Assembly (NCBI GenBank): GCA_032249235.1
Contig: JAVVGF010000002.1
Location: 96,001 to 160,000, forward strand
Length of the DNA stretch: 64,000 bases
DNA from: Thermoproteota archaeon
GTDB lineage: Archaea > Thermoproteota > Thermoprotei > Gearchaeales > Gearchaeaceae
Direction: 5' to 3'
The notes beneath the pieces were generated by a model, which did no database searches, was not told the origin of the DNA, and saw nothing but the letters and a program-made list of their open reading frames with translations. A program made the position numbers and the translations under genes. Every line of letters starts with the position of its first letter. Position 1 is the first letter of the stretch. Of the stretch, positions 9,591 through 19,358 are shown piece by piece.

Positions 9591-10351
9591 TGGAAGAAAA
9601 GCGTGTAGCGATAATAACTGGCGCTTCTAAAGGAATAGGTAAAGCGACCGCATATGAAATAGCTAAAAACGGTATTAATGTAAGTTTAATTGCGAGAAGT
9701 TTTTCGAAAATTAAGAAGATCTCAAAGGATATAAACGATAAATATAATGTAGAAACTATTGCAATCAAAACAGACGTTGGAAATAGTAGCGAAGTAAAAA
9801 AGGCGGTTGAGGAAGTTATTAAGAAGTTTGGAAGAATAGACTATTTAATAAATTTTGCTGGTTATCCTTTAGTAATTGAGCTATGGAAAAAGAAAATACA
9901 TGAGCTAGATGAGGATTCGATTTTAAAAATATTCAACGTTGATTTTATGGGATCTTTCAGGATGGTAAGAGAATGTTTGCCTCATATGATAAATCAAAGG
10001 TATGGTGTAATTATTAATATATCATCCATTCCTAGCTTATCGGGTGATGTGGAAGGAGCCGCATATACTTTTTCCAAAAGTGCTGTAATAGCTCTTACAA
10101 AGAATATTGCGAGAACTTACGGAATTTATAATATAAGAGCTTACACGATCGCCTTAGGAAGCATTATGACATATGGAACATATAATCAACTTTCTAAATC
10201 AGAAAGAAAGATACTAGCAGAAGAAACTTCTTTGAAAAGATGGGGGAGACCTGAGGAAATAGCTAAATTGGTTTGTAGTCTTATAAGCGATAGCTTTTCC
10301 TTCGTCACAGGTCAAACAATAATCGCAGATGGAGGCGTAATAATTTATTGA
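9590..10351 (+). CDS. Short-chain dehydrogenase/reductase (FabG-like)
   Basis: TGASKGIG Rossmann motif, YTFSK catalytic motif, TGQ..IADGG. Confidence 0.92.
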   Translation: MEEKRVAIITGASKGIGKATAYEIAKNGINVSLIARSFSKIKKISKDINDKYNVETIAIKTDVGNSSEVKKAVEEVIKKFGRIDYLINFAGYPLVIELWKKKIHELDEDSILKIFNVDFMGSFRMVRECLPHMINQRYGVIINISSIPSLSGDVEGAAYTFSKSAVIALTKNIARTYGIYNIRAYTIALGSIMTYGTYNQLSKSERKILAEETSLKRWGRPEEIAKLVCSLISDSFSFVTGQTIIADGGVIIY

Positions 10352-10371
10352 GTTTAAATCATTTCTAAGAT

Positions 10372-10839
10372 ATGATAGATGAAAGATCTGCTGGAGCGAT
10401 CATATTCAAAATAGAAAATAAAAAGCCCTACTACCTATTATTAAAAGGAAAGTATAAAAGTGAATATTGGGAATTTCCCAAAGGTTTGATAGAAAAAGAT
10501 GAAGAGCCTAAACAAACTGCACTAAGAGAAATTAAGGAGGAGACTGGATTAGAAGATATAGAATTAATAGATGGATATAACGAAAAAGTCACTTATTTTT
10601 ATAGGAAAGGAAAGGAGATTGTTCATAAAGAGGTCATTCTTTTGCTTGCTAAAACAAAGAATGAAAATGTAAAAATTTCTTATGAACATGCAAACTATAA
10701 ATGGGCTGATTTTGAAGAAGCAAGAAAGTTGTTGAGAGAAAATTTAAGGAGAGCTTTGGAAAAAGCCCATAAATTCATCTTAGAACGTTTTTTGACGCAA
10801 AGAAATCTTTTAGATTTCAGTGCCCCCAGCGGGATTTGA
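10372..10839 (+). CDS. NUDIX hydrolase, Ap4A hydrolase-like
   Basis: SAGAI, WEFPKG and Nudix box ALREIKEETGL, plus SYEH. Confidence 0.88.
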   Translation: MIDERSAGAIIFKIENKKPYYLLLKGKYKSEYWEFPKGLIEKDEEPKQTALREIKEETGLEDIELIDGYNEKVTYFYRKGKEIVHKEVILLLAKTKNENVKISYEHANYKWADFEEARKLLRENLRRALEKAHKFILERFLTQRNLLDFSAPSGI

Positions 10840-10896
10840 ACCCGCGATCCCTGGCTCGAAAGGCCAGTATTCTTATCCGGGCTAAACTATGGGGGC
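10821..10896 (-). tRNA. tRNA-Glu(TTC)
   Basis: Reverse complement folds with acceptor GCCCCCA/TGGGGGC, anticodon arm CTGGC-CTTTCGA-GCCAG and T arm GCGGG-TTCAAAT-CCCGC. Confidence 0.96.
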
Positions 10897-10950
10897 GCGA
10901 TATGGTGTTCAGTCACTCTCATTTTGCAGATGATTTGCCTACCTATTATT

Positions 10951-10978
10951 ATCTTTTAAAGAAGTAGCTTTAAAAGAT
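10951..10978. promoter_or_regulatory. Symmetric (bidirectional) promoter candidate between the divergent tRNA-Glu genes
   Basis: Perfect 11-bp inverted repeat ATCTTTTAAAG-N6-CTTTAAAAGAT. Each arm gives a TATA-like CTTTAAAA facing one tRNA. Confidence 0.55.
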
Positions 10979-11003
10979 TTTTTTAATAAGTATTTTCTTG
11001 GAT

Positions 11004-11079
11004 GCCTCGGTAGTTTAGTCCGGATAAGAATACCGGCCTCTCAAGCCGGGGATCGCGGGTTCAAATCCCGCCCGAGGCA
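11004..11079 (+). tRNA. tRNA-Glu(CTC)
   Basis: Acceptor GCCTCGG/CCGAGGC, anticodon arm CCGGC-CTCTCAA-GCCGG, T arm GCGGG-TTCAAAT-CCCGC. Confidence 0.96.
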
Positions 11080-11114
11080 TAAAATAAATAAGCTTAAGCA
11101 TAATGTGAAATCAT

Positions 11115-11501
11115 ATGGTACAAAAACACTCCAACGATCTAGTTAAGCCAACAGGAGGAAAAAAAGGAAGTAGTAGAAAGACTAGAAGATACGAATTAGG
11201 TAGCGAACCAACTCTTACAATTTTATCAAAAGAAGATTTTAGAGTAAGAGAAAGAGTTTACGGTAGAAACTATAAAATTAGACTTAAAGAAGCAAGATTC
11301 GCTAATGTAGCAGATCCTAAGTCTAACAAAGTACAAAAGGCTGAAATTCTAGCAGTAATAAGCAACCCAACAAATGCAGAATTTGATAAGAGAAAGATAA
11401 TTACTAAAGGTGCTATAATAAAGACTAGTATTGGAGAGGCTGTGATAACTTCTAGACCTGGTCAGGATGGTATAATAAATGCAAAGTTATTGATTAAGTG
11501 A
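11115..11501 (+). CDS. rps8e: 30S ribosomal protein S8e
   Basis: KPTGG, RRYELG, IITKGAII and TSRPGQDGIINA. Confidence 0.96.
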   Translation: MVQKHSNDLVKPTGGKKGSSRKTRRYELGSEPTLTILSKEDFRVRERVYGRNYKIRLKEARFANVADPKSNKVQKAEILAVISNPTNAEFDKRKIITKGAIIKTSIGEAVITSRPGQDGIINAKLLIK

Positions 11502-11809
11502 AAGTAAGAGATTTCATAATTATATGGCCTGTTTATCTTGAAGCAAGCATTTCTAGGAAGGAAGGTAGAAGGGTTCCTTTAAAGATTGCAATAGAAAAAG
11601 TAAGGATAGAAGAAATAGCACTTGCTGCCTCTCAACTTAACTATAAAGCAGAAATTATTCCAGATAAAGCTTATCCGCGTTGCTGGTGGATCAAAGGTTG
11701 TGTAAAATTATATCCTAAAAAAGAGAAGAAGAATGATTTGCTTAAAAAAATAGCCATTAGAATTAAAGAAAATAGAAGCAAAAGTATCCTTAGCCATTCC
11801 TTTAGATAA
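11498..11809 (+). CDS. srp19: Signal recognition particle protein SRP19
   Basis: IWPVYL...SRKEGRRVP and DKAYPR. Follows rps8e. Confidence 0.92.
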   Translation: MKVRDFIIIWPVYLEASISRKEGRRVPLKIAIEKVRIEEIALAASQLNYKAEIIPDKAYPRCWWIKGCVKLYPKKEKKNDLLKKIAIRIKENRSKSILSHSFR

Positions 11810-11967
11810 CGTTTTTTATACCCTAAACATTCTTTAGCAAAAGAATCTCGAAATTTCTTAAGATATTATAAAAGAGTACATCTTTTAATTTCTCAAAATC
11901 GCACCATTAAAACAATATATTGAAGCCATGCATCATAAAATCGAAAGCCTTAAATACTTATATTACA

Positions 11968-12213
11968 ATGGAAATTTGCGGTCTTCTAATGAAACGACTC
12001 GGTTTCGTGTCCCACATATCAAAAAGAGGGAGATTAATAGTCAAGGCAGAAACTATACCTAAACTATTCAGCGAGGTTTATGATAAAGAGCAAAAGCCTA
12101 TAGGAAAGGTAATCGATATCTTAGGACCTGTCAGCTCACCTTTTGTAGCAGTTAAGCCTTATGATAAAGCTGATTTGGAAAAATTTAAAGAAGCAGAGCT
12201 TTTCTTGAAATGA
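11968..12213 (+). CDS. gar1: H/ACA RNP protein Gar1/Naf1
   Basis: LGFVSHI, IGKVIDILGPV..P. Start is ATG 11968 or 11989. Conserved position upstream of tfb. Confidence 0.88.
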   Translation: MEICGLLMKRLGFVSHISKRGRLIVKAETIPKLFSEVYDKEQKPIGKVIDILGPVSSPFVAVKPYDKADLEKFKEAELFLK

Positions 12214-13133
12214 CAACATTTGATTATTCTGTTCGCACATGCGATCTTTGTGGTTCTAGTGATATCATTATAAATAAGGATGAAGGTTCCCTTGTTTGTA
12301 AACAATGCGGGAATGTAATAAAACAAAACATGATAGACCTAGGTAGAGAATGGAGAATCTTCTTTGGAGATAGTGATGATGTAGGTACGAGAACTGGTGC
12401 ACCTATTAAATTTGCTATCCATGATAAAGGTATAACTACTGATGTAAAGCTGGTTTCAAAAGATAAATCTAATAGAGTAGCTTTAGAAAGAGCATTGCTT
12501 TTTTCAAAATATCAAAAGAGAATAAGAGTGAGCAATTCGAATGAGAGGAACATGTATATAGCATTCATAATGTTAGATGAAATTTCGAAGAAATTAAACT
12601 TGCCTGAAAGAGTTAGGGAAACAGCGGCATTCATATATAGAAAAGCTATTAGCTCAATGAATAGTAAAGGTAAATCAATTAAAGGACTTTTAGCAGTCTC
12701 AATATATGCTGCATCAAAAATATGCGATTACCCTGTTGGACTTAAGAATATATTGGAAACATTCAATGTAAAAAGCAGGACGTTCTCTAAGTATTATCAA
12801 ATAGTTACAGAATTCTTGCCGAAAGAGACAAATGCTAAAATGAAAACAAATACAAGCATTAATCACATACCCGATATTGTCAGGAAACTAGGTTTAGGAA
12901 GTGAAGTTGAGGTCACATCTAAGAATATTTTAGAAAAAGCTTTGTCAAGTGGATTCATAGCAGGAAAGTCACCATTAAGCCTTGCTGCTGCAGCAGTTTA
13001 TATTGCATGCTCTTTAACTGATAACAAAAGAACGCAAAGACAGATTGCAGAAGCTACAGGTGTAACTGAAGTTACAATTAGAAATAGAAGCAAAGAACTT
13101 ATTAGAAGCTTAGACATTAATATAGAGTTGTGA
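12210..13133 (+). CDS. tfb: Transcription initiation factor B (divergent, TFB2-like paralog)
   Basis: N-terminal Zn ribbon CDLC/CKQC, EWR, two cyclin repeats and GVTEVTIRNR. Confidence 0.92.
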   Translation: MTTFDYSVRTCDLCGSSDIIINKDEGSLVCKQCGNVIKQNMIDLGREWRIFFGDSDDVGTRTGAPIKFAIHDKGITTDVKLVSKDKSNRVALERALLFSKYQKRIRVSNSNERNMYIAFIMLDEISKKLNLPERVRETAAFIYRKAISSMNSKGKSIKGLLAVSIYAASKICDYPVGLKNILETFNVKSRTFSKYYQIVTEFLPKETNAKMKTNTSINHIPDIVRKLGLGSEVEVTSKNILEKALSSGFIAGKSPLSLAAAAVYIACSLTDNKRTQRQIAEATGVTEVTIRNRSKELIRSLDINIEL

Positions 13134-13489
13134 AAAAGAAGATTAACAAGGAAGAACTCAAACAAAAGATTTTAGAAACTATTAGAAAAAGGAAAGAAGG
13201 AATAAGGAGAAAAGATCTATGGAAGACTTCGAAAATTAAAAGTGAAATAGGTACTAAAGCTCTTCTGGAATTGATAAAAAATGGTAAGATAATACAAACT
13301 GAAGAATACATTGATGGAAAAAAGGTTCAATATTTGAGATTACCAATGAAAAAGCTTAAAATGATACCGATTGAATCCGTAAAAGATCTACCATGCATAC
13401 CTTGTAATGATTATGGATTTTGTAGCGAAACGGGTAATCTAACACCTATAAATTGCAAGAAATTAGATGAATGGCTTGAATATAGCTAA
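13130..13489 (+). CDS. TFE beta subunit (RPC34/C39-like winged helix + 4Fe-4S domain)
   Basis: Winged helix followed by PCIPC...C...PINC.KLDEWL. The gar1-tfb-this gene order matches crenarchaeal TFEbeta loci. Confidence 0.82.
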   Translation: MKKKINKEELKQKILETIRKRKEGIRRKDLWKTSKIKSEIGTKALLELIKNGKIIQTEEYIDGKKVQYLRLPMKKLKMIPIESVKDLPCIPCNDYGFCSETGNLTPINCKKLDEWLEYS

Positions 13490-14562
13490 TGGATATAGAA
13501 ACGAAAATAGATTTAATAAAAAGGCCGCCAACTGAGGAAATAATTCAAGAAGATGATTTAAGGGAACTTTTATCCACAAACGATAAACCCTCTCATTATA
13601 TAGGTTTTGAAATATCTGGATTATTGCATTTAGGCACACTCATAATTTGTGGAGATAAAATAAACGATTTATGTGAGGCTGGTATTAACTGCACTGTTTA
13701 TTTAGCTGATTGGCACAGCTTTATAAATAAAAAATTAGGAGGAAATTGGGATAGTATAATCAAAGCTTCAAAATATTATGAAAAAGCCTTTAGATTTTAT
13801 TGCCCAAAGGCTAATATTCTTCTAGGTAGTAAGTTCTACGAAGGTAATGATGAATATTGGAAAGACGTGATGAGATTTGCTTCACAAATAACTTATGCGA
13901 GAACTGTTAGGACATTAACTATAATGGGAAGAAGTGAGAAAGAAGAACTTTCAATGGCTCAATACTTCTATCCAATAATGCAAGCTGTAGATGTAAAGCA
14001 TATAGGAAAAGATATTGCTCATGGTGGAATGGATCAGAGAAAAATACATGTGCTATGCAGAGAGGTTTTTCCGAAACTAGGATGGAAGAAACCAATAGCT
14101 ATTCATCATCATCTTTTACCAGGTCTAGCAGAACCACCTAAAATCAATACAAAAGACAAAATGGAAATGGTCGTAGCTGTAAAAATGAGCAAATCTAAGC
14201 CTTGGACTGCGATTTATATACACGATAGTGAAGAAGAAATAAGAAAGAAATTAAGAAAAGCTTGGTGCCCTGAAAGGCAAGTTGAAATGAATCCAGTATT
14301 GGAGATAGCTAAATACATTGTATTCAGAAGAAAAGAAAGCCTAATTATAGAAAGAGAGAGCAAGTATGGAGGAACTATCGAAATTAACTCTTATAAAGAA
14401 TTAGAAGAAAAGTACTCTAAGGGGGAAATTCATCCTTTAGATCTAAAGGAAGCAATTGCTAGAGAGTTAAATTTAATTCTTGAACCAATAAGGAAGTATT
14501 TTGAAATACCTGAAAATAAGGAACTAGTAGATACGATCAAAAAATTTGAAATAACTAGGTAG
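13489..14562 (+). CDS. tyrS: Tyrosyl-tRNA synthetase
   Basis: YIGFEISGLLHLG, YPIMQ, GGMDQRK, KMSKS and HPLDLK. Confidence 0.96.
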   Translation: MDIETKIDLIKRPPTEEIIQEDDLRELLSTNDKPSHYIGFEISGLLHLGTLIICGDKINDLCEAGINCTVYLADWHSFINKKLGGNWDSIIKASKYYEKAFRFYCPKANILLGSKFYEGNDEYWKDVMRFASQITYARTVRTLTIMGRSEKEELSMAQYFYPIMQAVDVKHIGKDIAHGGMDQRKIHVLCREVFPKLGWKKPIAIHHHLLPGLAEPPKINTKDKMEMVVAVKMSKSKPWTAIYIHDSEEEIRKKLRKAWCPERQVEMNPVLEIAKYIVFRRKESLIIERESKYGGTIEINSYKELEEKYSKGEIHPLDLKEAIARELNLILEPIRKYFEIPENKELVDTIKKFEITR

Positions 14563-15793
14563 ATTTAAGCAGTTTATCTAATAATAAATAACCATGTTGA
14601 ATAACGCCGAAAGATCCTTTCATGCATTCTTTTTCCGAAAACTTCTTCAACGAATCCGCTCTATTACTCGGATTATAGAAAATGAAAGGAACAGGAGAAT
14701 CACTATGTGCTTTTAATTCAGGAGGAGTCGAGTGATCGCAAGTAACTAATATTGCTGTTTTGTTTAGATCTAAATTTTCAAGTAAGGGTTTGAAAAAAGA
14801 ATTATCTATTGATTCAATAGCTTTTAATTTTCCATTAAAATCTCCATCGTGCCCAGGTTCGTCGGCACCCTTTAAATGTACAAATACGAAATCATAGTTT
14901 TCTAGTTGCTTAATAACGAGCTCAGCTTTTTCTTTATAAGATAATCCATAGCTCCAAACATAATCCATTCCAAGAAGTCTTGCAATACCTAACTCAACAG
15001 GCATATCTGCAATGCAAATAGGGTGAAAACCATATTTGTTGCTAAAATTCTGAACTTTTGGAATATTTGAACCTGCATCACGCAATAATATAGCATTAGC
15101 TTCTAGCTTTCCACTTATTTTTCTTTTAATGTTTATTTCACTATTGCTCAATATCCTCTTTGATTCTAAGAAAAAAATATTAACGAGTTCTGCAGCTTCT
15201 AACGAATCTTCTGATAAAGGTTTGCAGAGTTCTATTTCTTTTTTTGGTTCAGTCATCGCATGCGTAACATCTCCAATTCTAACATATGCAGGATCAATAT
15301 TTGTAATTTTAGATGCAAGCGGTCTATCTTTTTTCTTTATAACTAAAACACATCGATGACCTATCGTATGAACAAGTTCATATTTATAGCCTTTAATATC
15401 TTTTAGATTGGATCGGACTTCTTCAATAAGAATTTTAGCTTCCGAATCGCTTAAGCTCCTTCCAACTCTACGATCAATAACTTCATTATCTCTTACAGTA
15501 GCGAAATTACCTCTCAATGCAAGATCTCCTTCTTCAAAATTTATACCCGCGCCTAGAGCTTCAAGAACACCCCTAGCTATTTTCAATTCTTTAGGATTAT
15601 AACCTAGCATGGATAAAGTAGCAGCATCGCTCTCTGGAGCAATTCCCTTCTCTATAGGATATACTATCCCTCCTTTGGATAGAGAAGCTAATTTTGCTAA
15701 GTTTGATGTATTAGCTATATCTAAAACAGTTTTATCATATTCAATACCGTCTGAAGCACCGTCTAGAATAATATAAATAAGCTTACCAAGCAT
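14555..15793 (-). CDS. apgM: 2,3-bisphosphoglycerate-independent phosphoglycerate mutase (archaeal)
   Basis: ILDGASD, PESD, RGVLEALG, HLKGADEPGHDG and DHSTP. Confidence 0.92.
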   Translation of the reverse strand: MLGKLIYIILDGASDGIEYDKTVLDIANTSNLAKLASLSKGGIVYPIEKGIAPESDAATLSMLGYNPKELKIARGVLEALGAGINFEEGDLALRGNFATVRDNEVIDRRVGRSLSDSEAKILIEEVRSNLKDIKGYKYELVHTIGHRCVLVIKKKDRPLASKITNIDPAYVRIGDVTHAMTEPKKEIELCKPLSEDSLEAAELVNIFFLESKRILSNSEINIKRKISGKLEANAILLRDAGSNIPKVQNFSNKYGFHPICIADMPVELGIARLLGMDYVWSYGLSYKEKAELVIKQLENYDFVFVHLKGADEPGHDGDFNGKLKAIESIDNSFFKPLLENLDLNKTAILVTCDHSTPPELKAHSDSPVPFIFYNPSNRADSLKKFSEKECMKGSFGVIQHGYLLLDKLLKST

Positions 15794-15855
15794 AAAGTTT
15801 CATCTCATCAAAATTTATAAGTTTATTTACTTTTAAGAAGTAGTTTAAAAGGTGA

Positions 15856-16950
15856 ATGAGTATTGGATTTAATAAAATTATACTTCCAAGATATGTTTAT
15901 ACAGGTCCAGGTATAATAAAAGAGCTTCCTATAGTTTTGAATTCTTTAGCAGTATCAAAAGCTAGAGTGATGCTCATAAGCGGTTCAAATGAAACACAAA
16001 AAATTTCTCAAGATTCAATTAAGCCTGTTTTAGAAAGAGAAGGGTTGGAAGTCGATTCAATTTTCATTAAAGATATGAAGGATTTTGTCGAAAATATTCA
16101 TGAACACATACATAAAATTAAAGAATCAGACCCTAGAATCATCTTGGGAATCGGTGGTGGAAAAGCGATAGATTCAGCGAAACTTTTAGCCTCGATTTCC
16201 AATAAGCGCTTCATGAGCATACCTACGAATGCCTCTCATGACGGTGTATCTTCCCCTGTGATATCTTTTGTATTGAGCCTCTATCTCAGAAGTAAATATG
16301 ATCTGAAAATAGAATTAAAAGCACCTGTAGCAATCCTTGCTGATTTAAACTTCATAATGAAATGCCCTAAAAAGAGCTTAATAGCAGGTGTAGGCGATTT
16401 GATAGCCAAAAAAATCGCTGTAAAAGACTGGCAACTAGCACATATGCTAAGAGGAGAAGAATACAGCGAATATGCCGCATCTATGGCTCTTATGAGTGCA
16501 AAACTTATTGAAGATAATATTTCAGAAATATCAAAATTTGATGAAAAAGCATTTTCCATTGTTTTAAAAGCTTTAATAGGAAGCGGAATAGGAATAAGCG
16601 TAGCAGGATCTTCTAGGCCAGCAAGCGGTTCAGAACATCTATTCAGCCATGCTTTAGATATTCTAGCAGAGAAGTATGGTTTTAAAAATGAATTGCATGG
16701 TTTGCAATGCGGTCTTGGAACGATTATAATGAGCCAACTACATGGAATGAATTATAAAAAAGTTAAACAACTGCTTAAAAAAATAAATGCGCCTACAAAT
16801 AGCGAGGAAATAGGAATTGAAAAAGAATATCTTATTAAGGCTGTTATGCTGAGTAATAAAATAAGAAAAGATAGATATACTATACTAGGTGAATCAGATA
16901 TAAGTTATAATACAGCAGAAAAATTACTTAAAAGAGTAGAAGTTATTTAA
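15856..16950 (+). CDS. egsA: sn-glycerol-1-phosphate dehydrogenase
   Basis: GGGKAID, PTNASHDG, SSRPASGSEHLFSHALD and LHGLQCG. Confidence 0.94.
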   Translation: MSIGFNKIILPRYVYTGPGIIKELPIVLNSLAVSKARVMLISGSNETQKISQDSIKPVLEREGLEVDSIFIKDMKDFVENIHEHIHKIKESDPRIILGIGGGKAIDSAKLLASISNKRFMSIPTNASHDGVSSPVISFVLSLYLRSKYDLKIELKAPVAILADLNFIMKCPKKSLIAGVGDLIAKKIAVKDWQLAHMLRGEEYSEYAASMALMSAKLIEDNISEISKFDEKAFSIVLKALIGSGIGISVAGSSRPASGSEHLFSHALDILAEKYGFKNELHGLQCGLGTIIMSQLHGMNYKKVKQLLKKINAPTNSEEIGIEKEYLIKAVMLSNKIRKDRYTILGESDISYNTAEKLLKRVEVI

Positions 16951-17641
16951 AACGTATAGGAAACAAGTAAATAAGTAATTTTAAGAAATCAATTGCTTCA
17001 TTAATATTAAATTTTGATTTACCTTTTCTTCTATTTATAAATTTTATTGGTACCTCTTTTATTTTAAAATTTAGTTTGTTAATATAAAAGATTGTTTCCA
17101 ATTGAAAGTTGAATTTTTCACTTTTTACAATTTTTATAACACTCTTAATTATATTTCTCTTATAAGCTCTATAACCTGAGGTCACATCAGAACAATTTAT
17201 GTTGAGAAGAATTTTAGCAAGCAGATTCGCAATATAATGCGTTAAATATCTATAAACATTCCAACCGATTATTTGAGCACCATTTACATGCCTACTACCA
17301 ATTACAACATCCGCATCCTCTATTTCTTTCAAAAATCTTTCAATATCTGAAGGATCATGACTTAAGTCTGCATCCATAGTAATAATGAAATCACAAGTTG
17401 CTTTCTTTATACCTTCCTTATATGCACTGCCGATTCCTTGCTTAAAACCTCTTTCTATTAATAAAACACGCGAATCTTTTCTCATATAATCATTGATGAC
17501 TTCAATCGTACCATCCTTACTGCCATCATCTACTATGATTATTTGAGCAACACAGTTTTTTTGCAATAAACGAGGAAGCAAGATCAATATATTATCTTTT
17601 TCATTGTAGGTAGGTATTATAACTGAAACCTTTTTATTCAT
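16943..17641 (-). CDS. GT2 dolichol/polyprenol-phosphate mannose synthase (DPM1-like, no C-terminal membrane domain)
   Basis: IIPTYNE, VDDGS.DGT, MDADLSH, SDVTSGYRAY and EVPI.F..R..GKSK. Only 232 aa. Confidence 0.85.
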   Translation of the reverse strand: MNKKVSVIIPTYNEKDNILILLPRLLQKNCVAQIIIVDDGSKDGTIEVINDYMRKDSRVLLIERGFKQGIGSAYKEGIKKATCDFIITMDADLSHDPSDIERFLKEIEDADVVIGSRHVNGAQIIGWNVYRYLTHYIANLLAKILLNINCSDVTSGYRAYKRNIIKSVIKIVKSEKFNFQLETIFYINKLNFKIKEVPIKFINRRKGKSKFNINEAIDFLKLLIYLFPIRFK

Positions 17642-19278
17642 TGCATATGAGGTTTAACATAAACATAGATATACATATAAGAAGAAGGAATTGTATACTT
17701 TACATTAGGAATAGTTTTTTCAATTTTAGGCGGTTTAATTAAACTTGTAAAGAAATTATAGAAAAACTTATCAAATGGAGAAGGAATTAAAATAGATAAG
17801 TTTTTTATATCAATTTCATTTAATAATCTATATTTGGTAATTAAATAGAGATATAACAAAATCGATGATATAATGAATAGAATTAGTAATGGCAAACTTA
17901 GATTAATTCTATAAATATTAAGTAGGAGCATCGGAGAAAAGAGAAGAAGAGAAACTAAAGCAGTTTTTATGTGAAAACTCGCATTGTAAGCAGATCTTTC
18001 CCTCTTATAAAACCAGCTTGAAATAAATAAAAAACTTAATATGAATAAAGATGCTCTTCCGAAAGCAGCTCCGTTAATACCATAATTCTGATAGAATAAT
18101 TGTGTTAGCGCTGTTCCTATTGCTATAGCAACAATGTTTGAATACATGATTATTTTGGATTTATCTAATGCCAATAAAGCTGAAGTGAGGGAAGCTATAG
18201 GAAAGGTAATTCCTATTGCAAGAGTTACGATGAAGAAGATAAACCACCCTTCAGTATACTTAATTCCTGCAAAAACACTCATTATGGGTTCAGCTAGCAT
18301 AGCAATAGCAATAATAAAAGGAGACAACGCGGTGCATATTACTCGAATTGTTGAATTCACCGTTTCTAAAAACAATTGTTTATTTTCAGATAAAATATAA
18401 GAGAAGTGCGGCAATAAGGCATTTGATATTAATTGAGGTAAATTCATTAAAATTAAGCTTGCAGTTATTGCAGTACCATAAATTGCATAATTTTCTAAGC
18501 CCGCGTTATATAAAACTAAGTATCTATCTATATACAAATAAAGATATGTAATTAAAGATGATATATAGATCGGTAGTGAAAATAAAATAGACTTTCTCAC
18601 TAACGAAAATACTTCTTTATCTTTATTATATTTTTTAAAAATAATATCCTTAGAGAAAACAAGAAATGAAATCAATCCTAGACTATCGCCTAAAATCCAT
18701 ATTTGTAAAACCATATTAACATTACTATAAAATAATATCACAACTACGGATAATAAAAAGCGTGAAGCTGAAGCGAGAGAAAAAGAGAAAACAGCTTTCT
18801 TAAATTCAAAAAATCCTAAAAGTATTCCATAAAAGAAAAATAGCAAACAATTAATGGCACCATCGATGCTTATCAGCAAAATGTATTGATAGGATAAATT
18901 GAAAGGTAGAAATATTAGGTAGGCAACCAAATAACCGATTCCTAAGCTAATAATGGAGCATAAAAGGCCAAGGTAGACAATTAATTTCCCGAAGTGTTTG
19001 GCTTGATATACTTTATTTGAACCAAGTAAATCTGCAATATATTTTGCTGCTGTATAGTTATAAGCTAAAGTAAAGATTGTAGTAAATCCATTAATCAATA
19101 CGCTAGCCATTAAAAGCAAACTCATATCGAATTTAGCTAAGAATCTTGCTGCTACTGCTAGATATACAATACCAGTTAAGTTGAGGATTATAAATTGAAG
19201 TAACACTAACGAAGAAGCCTTCAAAGCATTGTTCCAATTGTTATTCAGGCTATAGCTAATACTCATTAAATTACTCAT
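17638..19278 (-). CDS. Oligosaccharide flippase (Wzx/MOP superfamily)
   Basis: About 12-14 hydrophobic segments, YIDRYLV..., ALLPHFS and YGINGAA. Adjacent to the GT2 gene. Confidence 0.82.
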   Translation of the reverse strand: MSNLMSISYSLNNNWNNALKASSLVLLQFIILNLTGIVYLAVAARFLAKFDMSLLLMASVLINGFTTIFTLAYNYTAAKYIADLLGSNKVYQAKHFGKLIVYLGLLCSIISLGIGYLVAYLIFLPFNLSYQYILLISIDGAINCLLFFFYGILLGFFEFKKAVFSFSLASASRFLLSVVVILFYSNVNMVLQIWILGDSLGLISFLVFSKDIIFKKYNKDKEVFSLVRKSILFSLPIYISSLITYLYLYIDRYLVLYNAGLENYAIYGTAITASLILMNLPQLISNALLPHFSYILSENKQLFLETVNSTIRVICTALSPFIIAIAMLAEPIMSVFAGIKYTEGWFIFFIVTLAIGITFPIASLTSALLALDKSKIIMYSNIVAIAIGTALTQLFYQNYGINGAAFGRASLFILSFLFISSWFYKRERSAYNASFHIKTALVSLLLFSPMLLLNIYRINLSLPLLILFIISSILLYLYLITKYRLLNEIDIKNLSILIPSPFDKFFYNFFTSLIKPPKIEKTIPNVKYTIPSSYMYIYVYVKPHMQ

Positions 19279-19358
19279 GTATCTTATTCTTCGTTAGATT
19301 TAAATTTTCATCATTCAACTTAAAACAAAACACGTTTGTAATTTTTAATTAAATAAGC

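Noticed and set aside
8971-10896. tRNA-bounded three-gene block as an integrated element
   Set aside because: No duplicated tRNA 3' end (att site) and no integrase; the genes are ordinary metabolic enzymes.
10897-10950. C/D-like words (ATGAGA...CTGA) in the tRNA-Glu(TTC) leader
   Set aside because: Only 4 nt between the boxes, no second box pair and no recognisable guide complementarity.
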